DNA of 64,000 nucleotides from a virus. This document shows, in pieces, positions 30,508 through 41,498 of the stretch (position 1 is the stretch's first letter; each line of letters starts with the position of its first letter). The stretch lies in the IMG/VR virus record IMGVR_UViG_3300050016_000171, positions 38,830-102,829 of that record. One strand, 5' to 3'. The position numbers were made by a program, and so were the translations under genes. The notes under the pieces are model-generated. The model did no database searches, had not been told where the DNA came from, and was given only the letters and a program-made list of their open reading frames with translations.

Positions 30508-31140
30508 TTAGAACTTTGCGTCCAGCACGACTTCGGCAGGCGCCGCAACTGCGGCGGGGGCCGGAGTTGCAACAGGGGCTACGGGGGTTCCCGCAGTCGC
30601 CACGCCTGTCAGATTCGCACTGATGTTTGACACTGGCGCAGCAGGAGCCTGTGCCGGAGCCGCCGTACGAGTGTCCTTACGGTCCTTGCTACGAATGAAG
30701 GTGGCCGGGATCGCCAGTGCCGCTTCGGTGCCCAGCGGCAGAACGCCCTTCACATTCGCGTAAAACGTACCCTTCTTGTTCGCGTCCTCTTCCTTGACGA
30801 TGAAGAGCAAATTCGAAATGCCCAACACCTTCTCCACGTCGTATGGTGCCGGAGGCGCGGTTCCCAAAATGCTGCGAACCATCTTGAACAGATCGCCGCC
30901 TTCGTTCATCGTGGCGTTGAAGCTGCTCATAACGCGAAATGGGTTGCCTTCCGTGTCATTCGCATATCCGCCGCCAGCCGATGCCTGCTTGCCCAGAAGC
31001 CAAACAATGCGGATCTTGTTCTTGATCCCGTACTTCGTGGGCTTCGGTCCCAAGTCCACAACGTCAGCAATCACGCCGACGAACGTTCCCGAGTCCGGCT
31101 TCTCGTACACCTTTTTCTTGTCTTCAACGATTAACGCCAT
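30508..31140 (-). CDS. putative single-stranded DNA-binding protein
   Basis: P..G.F...I.DVVDLG OB-like N-terminus, YANV, Ala/Pro-rich tail ending in F; lies in the replication cluster. Confidence 0.6.
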   Translation of the reverse strand: MALIVEDKKKVYEKPDSGTFVGVIADVVDLGPKPTKYGIKNKIRIVWLLGKQASAGGGYANDTEGNPFRVMSSFNATMNEGGDLFKMVRSILGTAPPAPYDVEKVLGISNLLFIVKEEDANKKGTFYANVKGVLPLGTEAALAIPATFIRSKDRKDTRTAAPAQAPAAPVSNISANLTGVATAGTPVAPVATPAPAAVAAPAEVVLDAKF

Positions 31141-31158
31141 TTGAGTCTCCTTTATTGG

Positions 31159-31893
31159 CTATGAATACCACAGCTTTTCGACCGGGATATCCGTGACAAA
31201 GGATACGTCGAACTCACCGTGGCTTGTTTCTGCCGCCACATCACTCTGCTTCACAACTTTGTACCAGAGCCGATAGGTTGGATTCCAACCAAACTTCCGG
31301 GCCTTCGCCAAAGCATTATCGGGGAGCCCGCTATCCTTAAAGCCTGTGTGGGCCTTGAGGATTACGATGGGCTCCTTGGCCCTTGCCACAACCGCATCGA
31401 TGTCGTACATGGATACGATCTTGAGACACGTCTGAACGTCGGTCAGCGCGCCGTGCGGGAACAGGTTCAAGAACCCGTGATCCGCAGCCATGTACGTCAA
31501 ACCCTTCGACTCCACTCCCGGGAGATCCGTGCGAGTGTCGATCCACAACTTTTCTGGAACCGTCCTACCGTGCCGTGACGCCCAAGCCCCCAACATGTGC
31601 TTGTCGAAGCGAATCACGTTCTGGCCCACGATTGCTTCTGCTTCTTTCATCATATCGATTACGATATCGAGTGCATCAAAACTGTCGTAGCCGAACTTAT
31701 TTACCGCTGCTTGTGTGAGGCCCGTCAGGCCCGTGATGAAAGACGAGATCGCCACGTCAGTCTTGACGAGGAAGCCCGTTGATTCCATCGTACGCTTCTG
31801 GCCGGTGGAGTAAAGGATCGCGCCGACCTCGATGGGCCTGTCATTCTGAAAGTCCAGCCCGGTTGTCTCCATGTCAAACCCCATGAGAATCAT
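31159..31893 (-). CDS. DEDDh 3'-5' exonuclease (DnaQ-like)
   Basis: FDMETTG, GQN..FD, IDT, HGALTD. Confidence 0.88.
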   Translation of the reverse strand: MILMGFDMETTGLDFQNDRPIEVGAILYSTGQKRTMESTGFLVKTDVAISSFITGLTGLTQAAVNKFGYDSFDALDIVIDMMKEAEAIVGQNVIRFDKHMLGAWASRHGRTVPEKLWIDTRTDLPGVESKGLTYMAADHGFLNLFPHGALTDVQTCLKIVSMYDIDAVVARAKEPIVILKAHTGFKDSGLPDNALAKARKFGWNPTYRLWYKVVKQSDVAAETSHGEFDVSFVTDIPVEKLWYS

Positions 31894-32868
31894 TGTTTTA
31901 TGTAACTCCCTTTCTCGTCCGGCATGGTCCCAACGATGCGCCTTGTGCGAGTACTGATGCTTTGGATCATATGCAAAGGCACAAAGAATTGCTCGTCAGG
32001 AACGTATACCGCGTTCAAGGGCGCGTCGGGATCTTTGCGACAAACCATCCCTTGGTTGACCCTCATGATATGAATCAAGTGCGTCTCCGTTGCGACCTTC
32101 AATCCCGGCATCCCCTCGACTTCGACAATTACGTCCTGCCGGACGAATGCGGGCCAGTTGGGTGGCCGGGGCTCTTTTACTTGACCGATGTACTCAATCA
32201 TGTACGTTGTGGTCGCGGCCATTTATGCCTCCAAAGTGTCGATTGGTGTCTCTGGCGCAGGACCGCCTTTGAGAACTTTGTCAAATTTGTATCCGGCTTC
32301 CTTAACCACGTCCTTCGCAATCACGAGAGCCGCTTCGGCGCGCATAGACTCTACTGCTAGCTCGTCGAGAACGTATCCGCTTCCTTCGAGGATGGTCTGG
32401 AAGTTGGGATTCAAAAGAAGGCCGCACGTAGAGAATAGTTTATGCGCGGTCTCGACACTCATACCCCTCTTCTTGCCGCTTGCTGGTGACGCCATTGTGT
32501 CCTCCTATCGAACGACCTTCAGTGACGCGGGTTTACCTTCCTTGATGGCCTTCGTTCCCGCCTTGGCTTGCTCCGCGGCCTGTGCTGCGATCTTGATGGC
32601 CTGCGCGGCGCCAACCTGCGGGGTCTCGATGATCTTCTTGGGTTCCGGCACGTTGTGCTTGCTCGTTCCGACGCCCTTGATCTCGCACTCGTCGGAGCAA
32701 TAGAGGAAATTGCGTCCGTCGCCGGTCTGGATGACGCGCGACGTATTGAGCCACGAGTTATCCTTGACGACTTGCTGGTGGTCCTTCATACTGAAGGTCA
32801 CCGTCTTATCGCACTGCTCACAGCTGATGGTTCGAACCTGCACGTCCATTACTGGCATTGTTATCTCC

Positions 32869-33624
32869 TTAAAGTTGCTCCGTCAATTGGTAAAACCTGT
32901 GCATGAACATCGTCTTGGCTACGTCCGGCGCCCAGCACCTTACTTCCACGTCCGCTGCTACTTGGTCCTCGCTCCACTTGGTGCCCCATTCTTTGGCGGG
33001 CATCAACTGTTCTTTCTCCGCGTACAGCATCATCGTGTCGGCTTTGTGTACGCTCTCGGGCTGCGTCTCCGATAGATGAAACTTGAGGCAAACGGCCTTC
33101 ATGATCTTCTCTTCGACGCCCATGTATGTCGGGCCCACGGCGGTGTAGTGTTTCAGTGGCCGGTTCAGGTCTGCGATGTAGGCCTCGGATGCGTCGTGCA
33201 AGAGAGCCCAAAGAGCGTCCTCTTGCGGCACGATCCGGCTAGCGAGAACAGAATGCTCCGCGACAGAGTAAAACCGACGGACGTGGCCCGTGAATCGGCA
33301 CATCATCGAGAGCGCGTGTCCGATATCCGTGATCAGAATCTCGTTCTGCCGGGGGTCGAGGATGTGAAAGATCCCGCCGCCAGCGGTCTGAATCCAAGCC
33401 TTGTCAACATCGACGCTACAACCCACTTTGATCACTTTGCCGTCTTGAACGAAACCGGTGGCTGTCTTTGGGACCACTAAGTCCTCGTAATTAAAGATTT
33501 GACGTTGACCAATCGGCTTCCCGTCAATTATTCTACTCGCCGTGGCTTGCTTTGGGACCACCATCGGATTCGTCGCGGTCGGTATTTCCATGATTTCGCC
33601 GGGCTCATAATCTCGCTGCTTCAT
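32869..33624 (-). CDS. HD-domain 5'-deoxynucleotide phosphohydrolase (YfbR-like)
   Basis: DIGHALS..CRF.GH, YSVAEHS, LLHDASEAY..D. Confidence 0.88.
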   Translation of the reverse strand: MKQRDYEPGEIMEIPTATNPMVVPKQATASRIIDGKPIGQRQIFNYEDLVVPKTATGFVQDGKVIKVGCSVDVDKAWIQTAGGGIFHILDPRQNEILITDIGHALSMMCRFTGHVRRFYSVAEHSVLASRIVPQEDALWALLHDASEAYIADLNRPLKHYTAVGPTYMGVEEKIMKAVCLKFHLSETQPESVHKADTMMLYAEKEQLMPAKEWGTKWSEDQVAADVEVRCWAPDVAKTMFMHRFYQLTEQL

Positions 33625-34184
33625 GATTTCAACCCCCTTGCATACTCGGCGATTGTGATGGCCTGCTCTTGAATCAAGGCAACCTCGCCCGTGTACGCTT
33701 TGATAAAATGGTCGAACAAGTAGTCGTCCAAGTCCACTTCGCTGGAATGCGTGGCGTCTCGTGACGGGTCCACGTAAGGCGTGCCGTCGGGATTCATGCG
33801 CGAGACGTTGATGATGAAACCACCCCGGGCCTTGACTCCCCGGGCCTCATTCTTGTAGCGGATGTCCGTGATGACCGCGACGTCTGGCTGCTCCCTGTCA
33901 ATCTGCGCAAAGCACTTGTCGGCCCAGTAGTCATAGTTCTCGTAGCGGCGGGCCGTGCCTACTCGCTGGAGCAGGGGCGAATCCTTCTCCGTCATGCCGT
34001 GCAACTCGCGACATTCCTTGTAGAGAGCGTCCGCGAACTTGTACAACATGGCTGCGGGCCTTACCTGCTTGGCGCCATAGTGCCTTTGCAGGATGCTGCG
34101 CTGAAAGATGAAGTGGTTGACCACGGCCTCACCGGCTGTGTCCTTGCCGTGGCGCGCCTTGTTGCCGAATGCTAGAATCAACAT
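33621..34184 (-). CDS. deoxynucleoside monophosphate kinase
   Basis: GNKARHGKDT, FADAL, LLQRVGT, ITDIRYKNE, HSSE..LD. Confidence 0.88.
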   Translation of the reverse strand: MLILAFGNKARHGKDTAGEAVVNHFIFQRSILQRHYGAKQVRPAAMLYKFADALYKECRELHGMTEKDSPLLQRVGTARRYENYDYWADKCFAQIDREQPDVAVITDIRYKNEARGVKARGGFIINVSRMNPDGTPYVDPSRDATHSSEVDLDDYLFDHFIKAYTGEVALIQEQAITIAEYARGLKS

Positions 34185-35032
34185 TAGAGCCTCTTCCCCC
34201 TTGCGTGAGATGCAATCAAAATAGTTCCGTTGTCTTTCAGTTCGCAAACCGACAGGCCTCGAAGGCCCGGCGTCATGCGCATGCTGGATGCCCAACTTCC
34301 AAAATACTTCAGGTAACTCGGCGAGATAATCACAGCGCAACCGCGTTCGTAAACCCGGCCCGTGCTTTGGTCGTAGTCCGTGAGGTATACCGTATCGTTC
34401 AGCGTGGCGTGAAGGTGGCCGGTCCAGAGGATGTCCGGCTTGGCCCACGACAATTCCTTACGCGCCGCGTTACGCTGTGCGCCCGCCGTTTGCGCGCCGC
34501 CTGCACCGTGATGGGTCAGGAGACGGAAGTTGTTGCCGCGCCACCGAAAGGTTGCGAAGCAGTAGTCGTTGAAGTATTGGACCTGAAGGTTGTCGGCCAG
34601 CCTCTTGCCGGTCGAGGTGTGCGTGGCCGCGTACGTGCGTGCTTCATGGTTGCCCGGGAGCGAGAACGCGATCTTGTGCTGCATTGGCGCCAGCAACACG
34701 GTCGCCCTTTCGATTTGCTCTTCGTTCGAGAGCGGCGTGTGGCCCATCTTGGCCGCAGTGATGTTCTCGATCATGTCGCCGCCCAGCCACGATACGACGT
34801 TGGGGGTCTCGGCGATCCACTGTCGGTGCTTTAGGAAAAGTTTCTCGTCGAATGAGGGGTTGCCGATGTGCACATCGAACAGTGGCGCCAGTTGGATGGT
34901 GTCGAGATTGTCGTCCAGTTCCACGAACAACTCTGGGAACTCGGACTTGGGGCGCTCGATATCAAGGGATGATTCGAGGAACGTACTTTGAACCCTCTGC
35001 AACTCTGTCTGAATCTTGACTTTCTTCGTCAT
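34184..35032 (-). CDS. metallophosphoesterase
   Basis: DVHIG, GGD, GNHE, HHG, GHLH. Confidence 0.85.
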   Translation of the reverse strand: MTKKVKIQTELQRVQSTFLESSLDIERPKSEFPELFVELDDNLDTIQLAPLFDVHIGNPSFDEKLFLKHRQWIAETPNVVSWLGGDMIENITAAKMGHTPLSNEEQIERATVLLAPMQHKIAFSLPGNHEARTYAATHTSTGKRLADNLQVQYFNDYCFATFRWRGNNFRLLTHHGAGGAQTAGAQRNAARKELSWAKPDILWTGHLHATLNDTVYLTDYDQSTGRVYERGCAVIISPSYLKYFGSWASSMRMTPGLRGLSVCELKDNGTILIASHARGKRL

Positions 35033-35343
35033 GTTATCTCCGTGGGAAGTTCAACTGTTCTTCGGTCATACCCGTCAAACGGCAGAACATTTGTATTGGA
35101 TTCAATCTATGTCCGCTCCATGTGACGCTCTTACGGTTACGTTCAACCATTTTGTCTACGGCGTATTTAGCGGTACTGTGCTTTCGTCTTAGGCTCCCGT
35201 TCCAGCGATCATTGACTGCTTTGCTCTTCGGGGTCTTGTCGTACTTTGCACTTCTTCTACGTCGTGCTATCCTACACGCTTCGCAATACTTGAAAATTGT
35301 GTTGTTCGGTCGCGCACAATGAGCACAGCCGAAGTACCCATAC

Positions 35344-36111
35344 TTAGTATCCGGCAGCATGAGCGCCAAAGATTCCTGCGACGAATCCAAAGCCGAAGCC
35401 AATCTTGAGCCCTCGAACGAAAGCGTGCTTGGTCTTGACTTTTTGGGCGTTGACGTCGGCGACATGGGACTTCTTCTCATCGGTCAGCTCCGTATTCAGA
35501 TCGGCGATAACCAGCGTCTGCTTTGCAATGATGGTGCCGTCGTTCGTCAACTCTGTGTTCAGAGCCACGTTTTGGGCTTCGAGACTCGGAATGGTTTCAA
35601 GTTCTTGCGTAATCTTCAACGCGCCCGGAGCGGAGACAACCAACGAGCCCGGCACTTGCGAGGAGTTCACATCTGCCGGAGTTAGCTGTGCGATCAAGGC
35701 GAGGCGGGCACCCAGATCGGGGAGAGGCAATGTTGCGTCCGTTGCCTGCTGCGTCTGTGTGACCTGCTTCTGTTTCACGATCTGCTGCGCGAGCAGCATC
35801 TGCTGCGCGGCCACCGTCTTCTGTAAGGCCACCAATGTCGCGGTGTCGGCCTTCGTGGTGGTGTCGTCAACCTTCACCACTTGTGCGGCGACTTGCGCCA
35901 CTTTCGAATCCCTACGATCCCAAGCGTCTATGGCCCGGGAGTAGAAATGAAACGCCGTGAACGCCAGAATGGCGACGATGATCAGTTTCTCGTGAGCCTT
36001 AATCAGGGTCTCCCAGCTCTGTACCCATGCGGGCAGCGTCGATACAGGCTTGACTACAACCGGCCCTACGGGCTGCGGGGTTGGCGTTAGCGTTGATGCT
36101 GTGGCGCTCAT
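35344..36111 (-). CDS. membrane-anchored coiled-coil protein, possibly a spanin-like lysis accessory
   Basis: N-terminal TM segment, long Q/T/A-rich coiled coil, Gly-rich hydrophobic C-terminus; preceded by the 27-bp motif. Confidence 0.5.
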   Translation of the reverse strand: MSATASTLTPTPQPVGPVVVKPVSTLPAWVQSWETLIKAHEKLIIVAILAFTAFHFYSRAIDAWDRRDSKVAQVAAQVVKVDDTTTKADTATLVALQKTVAAQQMLLAQQIVKQKQVTQTQQATDATLPLPDLGARLALIAQLTPADVNSSQVPGSLVVSAPGALKITQELETIPSLEAQNVALNTELTNDGTIIAKQTLVIADLNTELTDEKKSHVADVNAQKVKTKHAFVRGLKIGFGFGFVAGIFGAHAAGY

Positions 36112-36119
36112 GTGGTCTC

Positions 36120-36146
36120 CTCAAAACCTGTTCCTACACAGGCATG
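36120..36146 (-). promoter_or_regulatory. 27-bp phage motif, copy 2
   Basis: CATGCCTGTGTAGGAACAGGTTTTGAG runs directly into the GAGGAG RBS of the gene starting at 36111. Confidence 0.8.
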
Positions 36147-36148
36147 AA

Positions 36149-36637
36149 TTATTCGTGTACTTTTTGCACTGTTTTGGCTGGGAATACCGCCCGGGACGGC
36201 CAATTATCGACATAATCGGCGCATCGCCTCAGCCACTGGGAATCGTCAATCCGGCCTAACTTCCGGTTGCACCCTGCGTACCGTCCGGCGCAAAGCAACC
36301 CTCGGACGCTGTACGGCATCGCGGCCTTCTTCACTATCGCTATAGCCTCGGTCTTGGTTTTCGCAGTTCCTCCGAACGTCTGGCCGTTTATTGTAGTCTG
36401 GGCCAGCCAATACTTCACCGGCTTTGACTGCGACGGCAACGCGTAGCCTTCGTCAGTCAGTCGGCGCGCCGTGACCTTGAAGTGCTTGTGGTCAACATTC
36501 AGAGGCATGTCCTTAGCGAATCGTCCGCAGGCCGCGCATCGATGGCCCTGCGCCTCGGAGAGGGCGTTGACCATTTCGAGCGTCCACCCATATGTCTTCT
36601 GAAGTCTCTTGTCCCGTGATTTTTCTTGTGGAGTCAT
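36149..36637 (-). CDS. endonuclease VII-like nuclease with an internal insertion
   Basis: KTYG.T...Q..RCAAC, LNVDH.H...VRGLLC......CN..LG. Confidence 0.82.
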   Translation of the reverse strand: MTPQEKSRDKRLQKTYGWTLEMVNALSEAQGHRCAACGRFAKDMPLNVDHKHFKVTARRLTDEGYALPSQSKPVKYWLAQTTINGQTFGGTAKTKTEAIAIVKKAAMPYSVRGLLCAGRYAGCNRKLGRIDDSQWLRRCADYVDNWPSRAVFPAKTVQKVHE

Positions 36638-36664
36638 CTCAAAACCTGTTCCTACACAGGCATG
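36638..36664 (-). promoter_or_regulatory. 27-bp phage motif, copy 3
   Basis: Abuts the ATG of the EndoVII gene. Confidence 0.8.
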
Positions 36665-37510
36665 CTTTATAGCTAATCTCCTATTGATTATGCTTCGTAC
36701 ACTTTTTCGCCCGTCTCGGCGTCGATCACCTGAACGGTATAGAGACCGCCGGAGCCCCAAGTGCTGAGCAATTCCGCACCTTGTTCACGCGCGAAGACTA
36801 CAGCCTCATCGACGGTATCGAAACGCCCGGCAAGATCGCTCCATCCGCCATTTGGATACCACTGCGGGTATGAAAATACGAGATATCTCTTCATGTTAGC
36901 TCGGCCAGTGATATCGGATCGTGTAGTAGACCACGTAGATCCAGCCACACAGCACATGCCAAAACGCTAGCTTCAAACTTCCCCACTTGAGGTAGGAAAG
37001 AATACCGGCAAAAACGTCGCCTATGATTCCGAAAGTTCCTATGTTGCTACTGCTGTTGTCGCTCATGTTGCCTCCTCGAACCACGGATTCTCCATGTACC
37101 GGATGTGCCGCCCCTCGTCCCCGTGCGTCCACGGGGCCATAATCTTCTCGTCTGTGAATCCCTGCCCTCGCGCAACGTGAAGCCACATCGGGAACTGTCG
37201 GGCGCACTCCAGCAGGTCACGCTCCCAAATCCAGAACCATTTACGAAAGCGCAGCTTATCGATTTCGATCTGTGCCTTCGAGAGCGTCATCGGCAAAATA
37301 CCGCGATGGACCCAGCGCACGCCATAAGTATGCCAATCCCTATTAGAAAAAGAACGATGACTGCTGGAAAACAGGTCGCCATAAACAAATGATGATCGCG
37401 TAGCCAGCGATTATCAAACGCCCATGTAAATAACGTCTCTCCTACCCAAATCAAAAAACCTTCGCCTACAACAAATGCTATCATCGCGAGAAACACAACT
37501 AAGATGCAGT

Positions 37511-38272
37511 TCATTGATGACTCCCACTCCAGAATTCACGATACACATCGGCGATAATTTTTGAGACCGCGGGCCTGTCGATCATTGCTGGCAGGGGTGA
37601 TGCGTCCGAGGCGCGCAGAGCATCGGCTTCCAGATCCCGGCCCATGGTTCGAATCTCGGTTAACTTGAACTTGCCTTCGCGAATCGCGATCAGTTCGTCC
37701 TTGTTGGGCCGGGGCAAAGTGATATGGCCTGTCTCCATCAGTTCCTTGGCCTCGCCATAGAGACGAATCACGTGCATGGCGTACTTGGTGTCGTAGCCAT
37801 ATTTTTCTTCGTCTGCTGCGCGGTGCACGTTCTTCTGGCCCTTCTCGCCGAAGAGTCGCTTCATCTGATCGTCAGCGAATCCCAAGAACGGACGCACGTG
37901 TCCGCGGCTAAGGAACTTCTCACCATGCCACTGAATTACTTTCCATGCACCCTCTTCGTATTCCAAGGGAGCGAACAGGAAGTGCAGAGACGATGGGTTG
38001 CCCTTGGCTGCCAGTCCGGCCCACTTGCGCAGGCTATAGAGGCACACGTCCACGTCCGTGGGCCCGTTGCCACCCGGCCCGCCGCCCGTCGAGGTGACGA
38101 AGTGCTCCGACTTGTCGAGCCCCAGAGCCAGCTGGGGCGGCTCTATGAAGACCCCATACCAATCAGTGTCGTCCGTGCCGCCCACCTTGGCGCCATGGGC
38201 GTGGCTGCCGCCGATGTACGTCATGATTAGCGATTTAGGATATTGGAAACCGTATTGAGAAAAGTTTTCCAT
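37511..38272 (-). CDS. Pol-beta superfamily nucleotidyltransferase (YcgL/RlaP-like)
   Basis: GS.AHG....D.DWYGVF, GNP, GYDTKYAMH.IRL, L..IR.G. Confidence 0.85.
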   Translation of the reverse strand: MENFSQYGFQYPKSLIMTYIGGSHAHGAKVGGTDDTDWYGVFIEPPQLALGLDKSEHFVTSTGGGPGGNGPTDVDVCLYSLRKWAGLAAKGNPSSLHFLFAPLEYEEGAWKVIQWHGEKFLSRGHVRPFLGFADDQMKRLFGEKGQKNVHRAADEEKYGYDTKYAMHVIRLYGEAKELMETGHITLPRPNKDELIAIREGKFKLTEIRTMGRDLEADALRASDASPLPAMIDRPAVSKIIADVYREFWSGSHQ

Positions 38273-38381
38273 AGACTAGGCTCCTTTTTCGGAAGTAGCT
38301 GTACTACGTCGGGAAAGCACTCGCAGATTCCCCGCGCGCACCACCTACACCAACCATGCTCGCAAATTTCGCAAATGTGCA

Positions 38382-38753
38382 TTATTCCTCCCACAAGTGG
38401 CTGGGCCACAGAAAACTGTCGTAGTCTCTTAGGGCTCGCTCGCCTTCGTTCCGCCTCACCCATTCCACGTATCCTGCGATGATGTGGCCGTGACACCACA
38501 GCGGCGCGCACCAGCACATGATGTCGTCCGGCAGATCAGTGACAGCCTGCTTGCGCAGATTCTTCTGCTCGGGCGCGAACCAGTACAGCGCAAACTCAAT
38601 CAATACATCTTCACGCGTAGGTGGGCGACCACTCGGCATGAACCGACGCATCGAACACGGATTGCAGAATGGCGAACGGGGATAGCCGCCGCTCTCACGC
38701 CCGATGTACTGCGCGTCCTTAGGCGCTTTCCGAATGTGCCAGACGTTGATCAC
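38382..38753 (-). CDS. DUF4326-like protein
   Basis: YIGR...SPF.NP, CWCAP..CHG..I. Confidence 0.75.
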   Translation of the reverse strand: MINVWHIRKAPKDAQYIGRESGGYPRSPFCNPCSMRRFMPSGRPPTREDVLIEFALYWFAPEQKNLRKQAVTDLPDDIMCWCAPLWCHGHIIAGYVEWVRRNEGERALRDYDSFLWPSHLWEE

Positions 38754-39715
38754 AGCGATAGATCCTTCATGTTTTTCGAATCGTAACCCAACACGAAACC
38801 CATCTCGCCGCCCTTGTCAGAATCGTTTTTCAAGTACTTGATCTTCGAGTTGGCCCTCAGGCGTGCCACGCTTTCCTCGATTGGAATCCCCAAGCAAAGG
38901 AATGAAGCCGCGATCTCGCGAAGATAGGCCAGTTCCAATCCCTTGGTCTTCTCAACCAGCTCGTCCAGTTCCGCATCCGAGACCTGATTCTTGCACGTGA
39001 ATCTTATGTAGGCCTCGCGCGTTGCTTCGGTGGGAGACTTGACGCCGATGACTAGATCGAAACGTCCGGGACGCTTGATAAATCGATCCTCAAGCATTTC
39101 GGGTTTGTTGGTCGTCGCAAGGTGGACGATATTGTTGAACTGGTCTTGACCATCCAAAAACGAAAGAGCGCACTTGACCTGATGCTCGCCCTCGTCCCCC
39201 GTGAACAGCCCTTCGATATCTTCTTGCAGAGTGAGGATTGGGCGGTCGGGCTCCGCAGATCGGAACATTGAGATGGCCGCGGTCGCCAATGAGAAATCAG
39301 AGATGGAGAACACGACGCCGCCGACCTTCATCACCTCGTCACACATCTGGCGCGCGACCGATGTCTTGCCGCAGCCCGGACGGCCATAGAGAAGGATGCC
39401 GCGCTTATGGACGAATCCGCGTGACTTGTATATGGCGCCACTCTCCCAGAACTTTTGCATCTGCTTCAGAATGTAATCCGACGGGAGCCCGGGCAACGAA
39501 ATCAACTGGTCCGTAGGGAACATCTGAGTCTGGAAAACGATGCCGTCGTTCTGCGAATTGTGGAAGGTGTAAATCCCAACCGGCAGACTCTTCTCCATGA
39601 TTGCGACAGGCTTGAAGCGATAGCCTGACTCGGAGACCCAGCCCGACCGAGGCTTCTTGGACTGCAACCGATCTGCTATTGCTGACGATACATATTCGCC
39701 GTCTACGTAGGGCAT
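38750..39715 (-). CDS. AAA+ ATPase
   Basis: KRGILLYGRPGCGKT, EDI, LDG, ATTN.PE.L, RPGRFD. Confidence 0.88.
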   Translation of the reverse strand: MPYVDGEYVSSAIADRLQSKKPRSGWVSESGYRFKPVAIMEKSLPVGIYTFHNSQNDGIVFQTQMFPTDQLISLPGLPSDYILKQMQKFWESGAIYKSRGFVHKRGILLYGRPGCGKTSVARQMCDEVMKVGGVVFSISDFSLATAAISMFRSAEPDRPILTLQEDIEGLFTGDEGEHQVKCALSFLDGQDQFNNIVHLATTNKPEMLEDRFIKRPGRFDLVIGVKSPTEATREAYIRFTCKNQVSDAELDELVEKTKGLELAYLREIAASFLCLGIPIEESVARLRANSKIKYLKNDSDKGGEMGFVLGYDSKNMKDLSL

Positions 39716-40595
39716 TGATGCCTCCTTGTCGTCATCAGGATGTTGTACTGAAGCTGAACCCATGTGCGGTGGTATCTTTACTCGTGATCTCGTCAATGTT
39801 CCATCAGTTCGTTTTTTATACTCCCACACTACATGCGTGAAGATCATGATTGACCACAGCACCCAAGGCATCCGATGCCGCCGCACACGCAGCTCGCGAC
39901 TGGCAGAGGCTTAACCGCGAACCGTTCTGCTACCCCGCGCCAACCCGCAACGTCCCTCTCAAGTTGCGCGATGACATCGCGCGCCGTAGTGAGTTGGGAT
40001 TCCGCATCGTTGAGCGTATGTATCAGATCTGCAACCCACGTGCGCAGCACCCGCTCGTTCACCCACAACAGGAGGCGAGTCATCCTCTCGATATCTTTCT
40101 TAGTCAGCAACATTGGTGTCCTCTTGATAATACTTAATCCAACCTTCAATCGCCACCTCGACGTCAGCCTTGTTATCATAGCTGCCATACGCCGCGCCAT
40201 CTTGATCGAAAATCACATACTTGCTATTAATCTTTTCTATGCGGAATTCCATTTTTCCCCTCTCGTGTTCTCGTAAGATTTTATACGTCGCGTCTTCCGC
40301 ATTCTTGAAGTTGCCGGGCGTCCGGGGACGCTCGCGCCTGTCGGGTGTCTCGTTCATTTCTCACCCACTTCTTCGTAGATGCCAACGATCTCGCTCAGAA
40401 CCAGAACGTAGAAAGCCATAAACGCGGCTGTGTTGTGGACGAATGCGGCGCAGCCGATTAAGTAAGCCACGATGCGTACCCCGCTCTTGAAGAAGCTAAT
40501 CTTCTTGTGCAGGCTCATGCCCTTCTTCTCGGGCTCGGGTGGGAAATGCTTCACTCGGCCAGTCACCATATCGATCTTTGTAGACCCTACGATCA

Positions 40596-41498
40596 TTAGT
40601 CCTCCTCGTCCATATCGATTTTGTATCGGAAACCCAGCCACGTGGGGAAGCGGGGTTTGTCCTTGCTGCCTGTTGGGAAGTATTGGTATTTGATTATCAT
40701 ACCCATCATTATATCACGTTTGGACCAGATGTCAAGTCTTTCTTTGTCGTCGAAACCCGTGCCAATCTTGAACTCTACGTATTTATACGTGCCGTTGATG
40801 CCGCGCACGATTAGCGCACCAAGATCGCCCCGGCCCGTCAGACCGTCCTGCGCGGTGCTGCGCTCTGTGCGGCCCACTGCGTTCTTCTTGGCCTCGTTGC
40901 CGTTGTGCATTCGCTCTTCGTAGCCGATGATGATGGCCTCGGCGTCCTCGAAGCGTTTAATCTTGAGGAGGTAGCCTTCCTTCTCGGTGCTGCGACCTTG
41001 CTTGTAGGGCCCGTCAAGGCTGCGCACCATTATGCCTTCGTGGCCCTCTGCAACTGCTAACTCTTCGACAAGATTCAAACTTTCGACGTTGGGACACAGG
41101 CTATGAGTAAGCAATTTGACGCCCGACATCCCATCAAGCAAAAGTGTTTTCAAATAATTGAAACGCATTTGAAAACCACCGGGAAGATTGAAGTTGTCAA
41201 ATACCCAATAGCGCAGGCCCTCGATGGGATTGCCGTCGCCCATGACTGCGGAGACAGTCTTGCGATACGCGTCCGGCGCCGTGGGATCTCCCAGAATCAA
41301 CTCGCCGTCCGTGCCATCGGGTAGTCCCTTGAACAAGGCCTGAACTTTGGAGTTCGGGATGGGCTTCAGAGTTCGGCTCATTAGCCGCCCGCCGATCACG
41401 AGACACCGCACGCCGTCCAGCTTCAGGGATGCCAGCACTGGGAACGTCAGCTTCGTCACATCTGTACACTTGCCTGCGAGCATGGGCTTGAAACTCAT
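40596..41498 (-). CDS. lig: ATP-dependent DNA ligase
   Basis: KPMLA, KLDGVR, DGEL, VFD, EGIMVR, LLKIK, IGTGF, PRFP. Confidence 0.93.
   Translation of the reverse strand: MSFKPMLAGKCTDVTKLTFPVLASLKLDGVRCLVIGGRLMSRTLKPIPNSKVQALFKGLPDGTDGELILGDPTAPDAYRKTVSAVMGDGNPIEGLRYWVFDNFNLPGGFQMRFNYLKTLLLDGMSGVKLLTHSLCPNVESLNLVEELAVAEGHEGIMVRSLDGPYKQGRSTEKEGYLLKIKRFEDAEAIIIGYEERMHNGNEAKKNAVGRTERSTAQDGLTGRGDLGALIVRGINGTYKYVEFKIGTGFDDKERLDIWSKRDIMMGMIIKYQYFPTGSKDKPRFPTWLGFRYKIDMDEED

Noticed and set aside
32869-33624. DatZ of a Z-genome (2-aminoadenine) system
   Set aside because: No purZ or mazZ in the window; this HD family is common in ordinary phages.
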